A DNA stretch of 64,000 nt. It comes from Bacteroidota bacterium. Its GTDB lineage: Bacteria; Bacteroidota; Bacteroidia; UKL13-3. Positions 1-6,174 of this stretch are shown here, piece by piece. The notes under the pieces were generated by a model. It did no database searches. It was given only the letters and a program-made list of their open reading frames with translations, and was not told where the DNA came from. Where the stretch lies: NCBI GenBank assembly GCA_025359805.1, contig JANYDU010000029.1:14341-78340 (forward strand). The letters are read 5' to 3'. The position numbers and the translations under genes were made by a program. Position 1 is the first letter of the stretch; every line of letters begins with the position of its first letter.

Positions 1-508
1 TATCATTAAAAGTTATTTTCAAACCTTTACCAATCACACGAACTGTTTCACACCAGTCGCGATTGTATTTTCTTTTTACGGTTTTGTCTTTCAACCAAAA
101 CCTTGCACTCCAAGAAGAATCAGTTCCAAGAGTTAGACCGAGCAAAGGCAAACCTGTTGTTGCAAAAACGGCAGGAGATATTCTTGTTTCAGCAGTAACA
201 TCATCTCTACTCATTCCCTGCCAACCTTCGGAAGGATGTGAATGAAGAAAACCAATTCCTTGTTTTCTTTCAGTAGCTATTCTCAAAACTCTTTCAAAAT
301 ATTCAGGCATGAAACCAACATTTCCGTGAACTTCCCTTTCACCATCAAGAGGGAAAATAACTTCGCTTAAAATTCCTGTAAATCTTTTACTGCCGCTACT
401 TGGAACATAAGTAGCAAAACATAAATCTTCATCACCATCCTCGCGAATCAGGTGATTGAATAATTGCTGATGAATTTCATCATTCATTACAACACTAAAT
501 TTTTTCAT
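1..508 (-). CDS. JAB/MPN+ (JAMM) metallopeptidase domain protein, N-terminal 169 aa only; the gene runs off the left edge (by family precedent possibly fused to an E1/ThiF-like domain)
   Basis: ATG at 508 overlaps the E2 stop (TAATG). Translation MKKFSVVMNDEIH...DEDLCF...GFLHSHPSEGWQGMSRDD carries the E...HxH...S..D JAMM signature (codons 200-244). It has no stop in the window, so it is missing from the ORF track. Confidence 0.7.
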   Translation of the reverse strand, partial: MKKFSVVMNDEIHQQLFNHLIREDGDEDLCFATYVPSSGSKRFTGILSEVIFPLDGEREVHGNVGFMPEYFERVLRIATERKQGIGFLHSHPSEGWQGMSRDDVTAETRISPAVFATTGLPLLGLTLGTDSSWSARFWLKDKTVKRKYNRDWCETVRVIGKGLKITFND

Positions 509-858
509 TACAATTTTGCTAATAGATTTTTGATGTGTGCGAAATAGGTTTTTACTTTTCTATCAGTTCTATTCCAGTCAGGAAAAGGTCTGCTCCAATA
601 CCTCCATTCGCCACCAAAGGGGCTTGCATGAATGTTATTCGGAGGTTCAACCCAATCCTGAACTCCAATAGATTTGAAATGTGGTCCAGGCGGGCAACTC
701 ATTGGGAAATCGTTTTGAACTTCAAAACCAATTTGTATTTTCTTTCCAATGTTCCGACCAACTGGAATTTCGTATTCAAACGAAACTTTCAAAGCATCTG
801 GCTCTTGGGTAGTAAACCCAAGAACCTTTAGCTCTGCGATAAAATCTGACTTTGCCAT
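508..858 (-). CDS. Minimal prokaryotic E2/UBC-like protein (116 aa)
   Basis: Starts 11 nt after the Ubl gene stop and overlaps the JAB gene start. UBC-like layout: N-terminal helix, beta-meander, FPMSCPPGPHF (like the E2 YPxxPP flap), NNIH (HPN-like) and a C-terminal helix. The context (multiubiquitin + JAB) is typical of prokaryotic E2 families. Confidence 0.55.
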   Translation of the reverse strand: MAKSDFIAELKVLGFTTQEPDALKVSFEYEIPVGRNIGKKIQIGFEVQNDFPMSCPPGPHFKSIGVQDWVEPPNNIHASPFGGEWRYWSRPFPDWNRTDRKVKTYFAHIKNLLAKL

Positions 859-869
859 AAGTGAAAGAT

Positions 870-1433
870 TTAGGAAACTGGTGTTTCACCACGAAATACA
901 CTTACAAACTTCAGTGCGGGACACTTCATTTTTATTGGAGTGGTTGGAGTATCTTTGTACGATGTTTGGCTACCATCATGATTGATTTGAACCAAATAAT
1001 AATCTGCCACTGGAGTAATCCCTGCCAACTCCAAAATTTGATTTGGAGTCAGTTCTTTTTGGTCAGTGGTTTCAGGTTCATCATCTACGGTATAATAAAA
1101 CACTTCGGGAGGTTTCGTTACAAAATGCTCAATCCCTTCCTTTGCTAAGTCAACCTTTTCATTTAGGTCAATCTTCTCAAAATCGCAATGCTTTAGCTTC
1201 TGATAAAGTGTGTGACACTCAACAGGAGTTTTACATGCTTTTTCAAGAATCTCTCTTCCAGTAACTATGTGATGGTCAAAAACGAAATAATCGTTATCAA
1301 CTTTCACTTTATACCTTTTACCTACAGAAGGTTTTTTGTCCAACTTGGTGTAAGCTTCCAAGTCAATTACCTCACCTACACCCTGTGCATCGGAGGTTTC
1401 ATTGTTTTGATTTTTGTTTTTGTCGTTTGACAT
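870..1433 (-). CDS. Tandem beta-grasp 'multiubiquitin'-type ubiquitin-like protein (187 aa, two Ubl repeats)
   Basis: Two ~70-aa repeats share a pattern: KRYKVKVDNDYFVFDHHIVTGREILEKA...IDLNEKVDLAKEGIEHFVTKP and FYYTVDDEPETTDQKELTPNQILELAGITPVADYYLVQ. This resembles the Multiubiquitin domain as I recall it. Confidence 0.65.
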   Translation of the reverse strand: MSNDKNKNQNNETSDAQGVGEVIDLEAYTKLDKKPSVGKRYKVKVDNDYFVFDHHIVTGREILEKACKTPVECHTLYQKLKHCDFEKIDLNEKVDLAKEGIEHFVTKPPEVFYYTVDDEPETTDQKELTPNQILELAGITPVADYYLVQINHDGSQTSYKDTPTTPIKMKCPALKFVSVFRGETPVS

Positions 1434-1653
1434 TTTATTTAAAATTTAAAAATTGTTTCCCCCAATTTTTACTGAAAAAATGCAGGAGGTTAGCAAGTTT
1501 CCAGAGCCGTTGTATTTTAATTGGAGGTTTTCCGAAAGGTGATAAGCCATCGCTTGAATTTACATAACTCAAAACCCTTTTCATCCAATTAACAACTGCA
1601 ATAGAAAACTGGATTTATTTTTTTAATGTCTATCTCTTATCTCATTTATTGTT

Positions 1654-1878
1654 TTAGCCCTTCGGTGGGTAATCATCATTTCCATAGGAATCCTTATCTC
1701 TAATTTGTCCGTTAGGTCTATGAATAACTACTTCCGATTGTTGATTAATTGCAATCTCACGGGCAATCTTAATTGCCTCTGATTGTGTTTCTACAACCTT
1801 TGTTACCTTGTCATTTTTTTCTCCTTTCACAGCCCATTGTTTGCCGTGCGGAACTACATGTTGATTCTTTTTGCTCAT
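1654..1878 (-). CDS. DUF2188 family small protein
   Basis: HVVPHGKQWAVKGE...TQSEAIKIAREIA...VVIHRPNGQIRDKDSYGNDDYPPKG matches the DUF2188 pattern. I start it at ATG 1878 (MSKKNQ) rather than the track's 1935, because a -7 box at 1901-1908 would lie inside the longer ORF. Confidence 0.7.
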   Translation of the reverse strand: MSKKNQHVVPHGKQWAVKGEKNDKVTKVVETQSEAIKIAREIAINQQSEVVIHRPNGQIRDKDSYGNDDYPPKG

Positions 1879-1900
1879 TGGTATATTTTTTAATTCGATG

Positions 1901-1908
1901 CAAATATA
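1901..1908 (-). promoter_or_regulatory. Bacteroidota-type -7 box (TATATTTG on the minus strand) upstream of the DUF2188/Ubl genes
   Basis: Exact TAnnTTTG match 22 nt upstream of ATG 1878. The nearest well-separated TTTG is 24 nt upstream, which is longer than the usual spacing. Confidence 0.35.
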
Positions 1909-1910
1909 AA

Positions 1911-1946
1911 GCAAAAATCTAAATATATCAAGCAAATCTAAATATA
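1911..1946. promoter_or_regulatory. Direct repeat GCAAA(AA)TCTAAATATA x2 in the divergent promoter region (candidate operator of the XRE regulator)
   Basis: Copies at 1911-1927 and 1932-1946 start 21 bp apart (two helical turns). They lie between the divergent DUF2188 and XRE genes. The -7 box at 1901-1908 is a third, truncated copy. Confidence 0.35.
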
Positions 1947-1967
1947 AATATCAACAATTTAGCAAAG

Positions 1968-1998
1968 TTTGTTTTTATGAGCATAATTCATACCTTTG
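1968..1998 (+). promoter_or_regulatory. Bacteroidota-type promoter of the XRE/ImmA pair (-33 TTTG, -7 TACCTTTG)
   Basis: TTTG at 1968-1971, a 19-nt spacer and TAccTTTG at 1991-1998, 25 nt before ATG 2023. This argues against the track's TTG start at 1996. Confidence 0.45.
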
Positions 1999-2022
1999 CC
2001 ACATGGTAAAAATCTCATTTCA

Positions 2023-2361
2023 ATGAAATCATTAGGCAAAACCTTAAAGGATTCAAGAGAGTTAATTCCTTTAACACTCAGGCAAGTTGAAGAAGCAACT
2101 GGAATTTCAAACGCTTATTTAAGTCAGCTTGAAAATGATAAAATCAAAAAGCCATCAGCGAATGTTCTCTACAAACTTGCAAGTATATACAACATAGAGC
2201 TTGATAGTTTACTGGTTGCTTCTGGAATAATAGAAAAGCAATCACCGAAAAAAAGCAAGTTGCTAAACACGATTGCATTATCTGCAGAAACAATGACAAG
2301 CGAAGAGGAGCAAGCATTGTTGGATTATCTTCGTTTTTTACGCCATAAGAAAAATGCTTGA
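2023..2361 (+). CDS. XRE-family helix-turn-helix transcriptional regulator (CapH-like architecture, ~112 aa)
   Basis: LTLRQVEEATGISNAYLSQLENDKIKKPSANVLYKLASIYNIELDSLL is a canonical Cro/C1-type HTH. A short C-terminal helical tail follows. The gene overlaps the downstream peptidase gene by 8 nt. Confidence 0.8.
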   Translation: MKSLGKTLKDSRELIPLTLRQVEEATGISNAYLSQLENDKIKKPSANVLYKLASIYNIELDSLLVASGIIEKQSPKKSKLLNTIALSAETMTSEEEQALLDYLRFLRHKKNA

Positions 2362-3253
2362 ACTACATTCCAAAAATGACATTGAAAAAATTTCTATTGA
2401 AATTTTAAGAGGCAGCAACAGTTTTGATGTTTTTCCAACCCCTATTGACCAAATTGTTTCTTATGCTGAACTTGTAGTTCGTAACGACATCGATGTTTCT
2501 AAAATTCATAACGACTATTTCTCAAAAGCAAGTGATGCACTAAGAAGAGCATTAACTAAAGTAAGAGGAGTATTAGATAGAAAAGAAAGGACAATTTATT
2601 TAGACTTGTCACAGGGTAAACCCAAACAAGGTTTTGTAAAACTCCATGAAGTAGGACATGATGTTTTGCCATGGCAAAAAAATGTTCATGACATATTAGA
2701 TGACGATGATGATTCATTGCATACTGACACTCACGAAGAATTTGAAGCAGAAGCGAATTATTTTGCATCTGCAACTCTTTTTCAACATGACAGATTTGTA
2801 ACAGAACTAAACAAACTAAGTTTGGGTATTGAATCTCCAATGCAACTTGCCAAAATTTTTGGAGCTTCCGTTCATGCTACATTAAGAAGATATATTGAAT
2901 GTTCTAAAAACAGATGTGCTTTAATTGTATTAGAAAATATAACTCCTAAAGGAATCCAACCAAAATGTTTTCTGCGAGACAAATTTCAATCTGATAAGTT
3001 TACCAAGACATTTGGGGATATCAATATTCCATTAGAATTGGGTTACACATGGGCTTTTGTTCAAGATTATTATCATAAGAGAAAATTTAAAAAGGACGGT
3101 TCAATAACTCTCTCAACCAATAATGGAGAAGCTGACTTTGTATATCACTTCTTCAATAATGGCTATAATGCCTTTGTTTTCTTATTCCCAATTGGGGAGA
3201 AGAAAAGTTCAAGAACGAAGATTATCATTACTGATAAGAGTTTTCAGCTATAA
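2354..3253 (+). CDS. ImmA/IrrE-family zinc metallopeptidase with a C-terminal extension (CapP-like architecture, 299 aa)
   Basis: HEVGH (HEXXH) at 2645-2659 is followed by EFEAEANYFASATLF, the ImmA/IrrE (DUF955) third-ligand motif. A ~150-aa C-terminal domain follows. The gene is translationally coupled to the XRE gene. Confidence 0.75.
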   Translation: MLELHSKNDIEKISIEILRGSNSFDVFPTPIDQIVSYAELVVRNDIDVSKIHNDYFSKASDALRRALTKVRGVLDRKERTIYLDLSQGKPKQGFVKLHEVGHDVLPWQKNVHDILDDDDDSLHTDTHEEFEAEANYFASATLFQHDRFVTELNKLSLGIESPMQLAKIFGASVHATLRRYIECSKNRCALIVLENITPKGIQPKCFLRDKFQSDKFTKTFGDINIPLELGYTWAFVQDYYHKRKFKKDGSITLSTNNGEADFVYHFFNNGYNAFVFLFPIGEKKSSRTKIIITDKSFQL

Positions 3254-3283
3254 TATTCATTTCCAACATTTGCCAGCAACCTT

Positions 3284-3349
3284 TATTTGCTGTCCTTTGT
3301 TTGACTTCAAACATTTGACACTTTTATCTATTTGATGTCTTTTGTTTGA
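3284..3349. promoter_or_regulatory. Imperfect 21-bp direct repeat TATTTG(C/A)TGTC(C/T)TTTGTTTGA x2, period 45 bp, upstream of abiEi (candidate autoregulatory operator)
   Basis: Copies at 3284-3304 and 3329-3349 match at 19/21 positions. Each is preceded by AACATTTG(C/A)C (3265, 3310), so the whole ~45-bp unit is duplicated. Confidence 0.3.
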
Positions 3350-3355
3350 TTATCT

Positions 3356-4135
3356 TTGCAATCTCAAATAAACAAGACCGTGGCAAAAGATTTCATAATA
3401 GAACGACTAAAAAAGGAATTCAAAGGAAGAGAAGCATTTTCCAGAGAAGAACTATTTGACTTCTACCGACATTTTGAACCTGAGTTGAAAGAGACAACTT
3501 TCAGATGGAGAATTTATCATCTCAAAAACAAACAGGTAATCACTACAATTTCAAGGGGGCTTTTTACGCTTTCATTCAAGCCAGTTTTTAAACCCGATGT
3601 TGAAGATGCTGAAAGAAAAATATTTTCAAAAATTGAAAAGCAATTTCCCACTCTAAAACTCTGCATTTGGTCAACCAAAATTGCCAACGAGTTTATGTTA
3701 CACATTCCTGGAAAATTCATCACAATTTTACAAGTTGAAAAAGAAGCAATAGAACCCGTTTACAGTTTTCTTAAAGACCAAAATTTTCGAAATGTTTTTT
3801 TTCAGCCAGAAGAAAAAGAAATTGAACGCTACATTTATGAAACCGAAACGGCAATAATATTACAACCTTTAGTTTCAAAATCTCCTACTCAAAAAGTAAA
3901 AAAGGTTGCGTCAACAACCCTTGAAAAGTTGATAGTAGATTTTTATTGCGACAAAAAACTTTTCGCTGCTTTTCAGGGAAGCGAATTTGTTCACATCATC
4001 AACAACGCATACAAAAGATATTCAATTGATTTCACCAAACTTTTTCACTATGCAAAAAGAAGAAGGAAAGAAACTGAACTTGTAGAATTTTTTTCAGATA
4101 AAACAGATATTCCAAATAGTATATTGAATGATTGA
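3356..4135 (+). CDS. AbiEi-like (type IV TA antitoxin / transcriptional regulator family) protein
   Basis: Sits immediately upstream of an AbiEii-type nucleotidyltransferase and overlaps it by 8 nt. The N-terminal winged-helix-like region is ...FSREELFDFY...TFRWRIYHLKNKQVITTISRGLFTL. The start is uncertain: TTG at 3356, no early in-frame ATG, and a TAtcTTTG box overlapping 3351-3358. Confidence 0.5.
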   Translation: MQSQINKTVAKDFIIERLKKEFKGREAFSREELFDFYRHFEPELKETTFRWRIYHLKNKQVITTISRGLFTLSFKPVFKPDVEDAERKIFSKIEKQFPTLKLCIWSTKIANEFMLHIPGKFITILQVEKEAIEPVYSFLKDQNFRNVFFQPEEKEIERYIYETETAIILQPLVSKSPTQKVKKVASTTLEKLIVDFYCDKKLFAAFQGSEFVHIINNAYKRYSIDFTKLFHYAKRRRKETELVEFFSDKTDIPNSILND

Positions 4136-5249
4136 CATTAAATCACTTTCGGCAGAATGGATTGCTGAGAAAAGAAATAAATACAGTAAAGACCCTAACT
4201 TAATGGAAAGCATGATTTATGCTTTGTATCTGTTAGAGCAGTTACAGTTAACAGGACTGGATTTTATTTTCAAAGGTGGAACAAGCTTGATTCTACTGAT
4301 GGAAGAACCTAAAAGGTTTTCAGTTGATATTGATATTATCATAAGCCCAAAAATTAGTCGTGAGGAGTTGGAAAAATATCTTTCAAAGATTGCTGATACA
4401 AGTGCATTCATAAGACTGGAATTGGACGAAAAGAGAAGTTACAATGGTGATATTCCTAAAGCACATTACAAATTTATTTATAACTCAAACTTTCCTAACA
4501 GAAATAAAGAGGGAAAAGTAATTTCTAATCCAGAAAGAGAAATTTTACTTGATATTCTTTTTGCAGACAATCATTATCCAACAGTTATTGAAAGAGCCTT
4601 AGAAACAGAATGGCTGTTACAAATTGACAAACCAGTAATTGTTAGAACTCCTGACATAAATTCAATTACAGGCGACAAGCTCACTGCATTTGCACCAAAT
4701 ACGACAGGTGTTCCTTACAACATGGAGAAGGAAAAGGAAATAATGAAGCAGCTATTTGATATTGGTTGCTTGTTTCATTTACTAACCGATATGGAAGTAT
4801 TCAAAAAATCTTTTACTGAATCAGCTAAAGGAGAAATCGCTTACCGACCAGAAAGGAAAATTGAATCAATAGAGCAAGTTCTAAGAGACACTATTGAAAC
4901 GGGACTGCTAATCGCAAGAAAGGACATCCTTAAAACAGATGATGAAAAAGCTAAGTATGGAGAAATAAATTTAGGCATCAATCAATTCAGACACTTTGTT
5001 TTCCTAGGCAGGTTTGACATTTTAGAAGCACAGGTAGCCAGTGCAAAAGCCGCTTATTTAGCAGCAATTGTTTTGACAGACCGCAAGGAAGTATTAATGA
5101 AGTTCAGCAAAGAAATTCCGTTGGCAGACTACTTAATAACAAATCCTGACTACAATTACTTGAACAAGAGATTAAAATTTGTGGCAGAGGGAGAAGCACT
5201 TTTTTATTGGTATCACACAATCAAATTACTTTATCCAACTAATGAATAA
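4128..5249 (+). CDS. AbiEii/AbiGii-family nucleotidyltransferase toxin (DUF1814)
   Basis: FIFKGGTSLILLMEEPKRFSVDIDIII is the GG(T/S)..(R)FS.D(I/L)D nucleotidyltransferase signature of AbiEii. The size (373 aa) and the pairing with an AbiEi-like gene fit the family. Confidence 0.8.
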   Translation: MIDIKSLSAEWIAEKRNKYSKDPNLMESMIYALYLLEQLQLTGLDFIFKGGTSLILLMEEPKRFSVDIDIIISPKISREELEKYLSKIADTSAFIRLELDEKRSYNGDIPKAHYKFIYNSNFPNRNKEGKVISNPEREILLDILFADNHYPTVIERALETEWLLQIDKPVIVRTPDINSITGDKLTAFAPNTTGVPYNMEKEKEIMKQLFDIGCLFHLLTDMEVFKKSFTESAKGEIAYRPERKIESIEQVLRDTIETGLLIARKDILKTDDEKAKYGEINLGINQFRHFVFLGRFDILEAQVASAKAAYLAAIVLTDRKEVLMKFSKEIPLADYLITNPDYNYLNKRLKFVAEGEALFYWYHTIKLLYPTNE

Positions 5250-5288
5250 GAAGGCCACCACACAAAAAAATACACCCTTCCTTTTTTT
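5250..5288 (+). terminator. Weak intrinsic terminator after abiEii
   Basis: GAAGG (5250-5254) pairs with CCTTC (5276-5280) and is followed by a T7 run (5282-5288). The 21-nt loop is large, so this is tentative. Confidence 0.3.
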
Positions 5289-5337
5289 ACAAATTTATTT
5301 TTCCCACCGCACGGGTTTAGTGGGCAATCGGACGGAC

Positions 5338-5513
5338 GGTGCTTCGAATGTAAATTGCTTCGGACAAAGTGTGTTCGGACTTGAAATACTTGCGCTTCGG
5401 GAGAAAAGAACGGCATCAGCTAACAGCACCTACAAAAAATTGGCGGTTCAGTGGTTAAATGAAGCTTTGTGCTTCGTATCAAGTTCAGTGGTGGCAGACA
5501 GTTTAGTGCTTCG
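5338..5513 (+). repeat. Cluster of short direct repeats: (G)TGCTTCG-type motif x6 and GTTCAGTGGT x2 in a non-coding stretch
   Basis: GTGCTTCG at 5339, 5469 and 5506; TGCTTCG at 5356; variants GTGTTCGG at 5371 and GCGCTTCGG at 5392. TTCGGAC x2 at 5359 and 5374. (G/A)GTTCAGTGGT at 5445-5455 and 5482-5492. Confidence 0.8.
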
Positions 5514-5743
5514 AAATCGCCAACTTCTTGTAGCTGCAAACCGTTAAAACGAACATTCTTTACTACAATAGAAGACAAGACCAATGAACTCTATCTGGTT
5601 GAAGTTGCTGAAGACAATGGCGTTTCATTGACAACTCACTTCGTTTATCAGGTTTACGGAAAAACAAATGGAATTAAACTGCCACTAACACGCTGCTGCT
5701 GCTATGGCCGTTTTTATTTTAAAATTTAACCCAATCAAAAAAC

Positions 5744-5772
5744 TATTTCATCGCTTTAATAATATCTACAAA
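5744..5772. repeat. 29-bp exact copy of the tpiA 3' end (att-like core), followed by a decayed tpiA-like relic to ~5807
   Basis: TATTTCATCGCTTTAATAATATCTACAAA is identical to 6520-6548. Its reverse complement still encodes FVDIIKAMK*. The flanking 5773-5807 aligns imperfectly with 6549-6596 (gattgc; tgctcc-tcaatatc). Confidence 0.9.
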
Positions 5773-5828
5773 GCTGTGCGATTGCTTAACTATTGCTCCT
5801 CAATATCAGTGTTATTGTTAATTTACCG

Positions 5829-5844
5829 ATACTTGCACAAGTAT
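5829..5844. promoter_or_regulatory. 16-bp palindrome ATACTTGCACAAGTAT upstream of the MNT/HEPN pair (candidate operator)
   Basis: Perfect 7+7 inverted repeat with a 2-bp centre, 28 nt before ATG 5872. Confidence 0.35.
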
Positions 5845-5871
5845 TCTTAAAATCATAGTTTCGTTTACGAT

Positions 5872-6174
5872 ATGCAAAGCATCATTGAAAATAATATTGA
5901 TAAAATAAAAGCATTATGCACAAGCTATAATGTGAAATCATTATTTGCTTTTGGCTCGGTATGCAGTGATAGATTTAACGACCAAAGTGATATTGATTTA
6001 TTGATTGCTTTTAACACAATGGATTATGGAGATTATGCCGATTCTTACTTTGCTCTTGCTGATAAATTTGAAGAATTATTTAAACGACCTGTTGATTTAA
6101 TAACAGATAAATCATTATCAAATCCATATTTTATTGATTCATTAAATAGAACAAAAACCTTGATTTATGAATAG
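5872..6174 (+). CDS. Minimal nucleotidyltransferase (MNT/MntA-like antitoxin)
   Basis: LFAFGSVCSDRFNDQSDIDLLI carries the GS...(R)...DxD pol-beta nucleotidyltransferase motif. It is 100 aa and overlaps the HEPN gene by 8 nt. Confidence 0.8.
   Translation: MQSIIENNIDKIKALCTSYNVKSLFAFGSVCSDRFNDQSDIDLLIAFNTMDYGDYADSYFALADKFEELFKRPVDLITDKSLSNPYFIDSLNRTKTLIYE

Noticed and set aside
535-1567. Plus-strand ORFs in the track (535-831, 749-985, 861-1148, 1043-1264, 1212-1430, 1385-1567) that overlap the Ubl/E2 genes
   Set aside because: They lie antisense to genes with clear domain signatures. Their translations are low-complexity (F/L/S/C-rich) with no motifs. The same reasoning applies to the many short antisense ORFs throughout the window.
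5338-5513. The TTCG motifs as stable UUCG tetraloop hairpins
   Set aside because: Most copies lack complementary flanks, with at most one closing C-G pair. Only 5459-5477 forms a real stem, and there the TTCG lies in the stem rather than the loop.
5445-5513. A ToxI-like type III antitoxin repeat array (two ~37-nt units, GTTCAGTGGT...GTGCTTCG)
   Set aside because: There are only two imperfect units, and no ToxN/AbiQ-like endoribonuclease ORF lies downstream.
5338-5513. A CRISPR array
   Set aside because: The repeats are only 7-10 nt long and irregularly spaced (15-77 nt), and no cas genes are present. No CRISPR-like array was seen elsewhere in the window either.
5179-5729. ORFs 5179-5547 (+), 5231-5416 (-) and 5469-5729 (+) in the gap after abiEii
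   Set aside because: They start inside or right after abiEii, run across the repeat motifs and have implausible composition. Only the tail of 5469-5729 (...NELYLVEVAEDNGVSLTTHFVYQVYGK...) looks protein-like, and it has no usable start, so at best it is a gene remnant.
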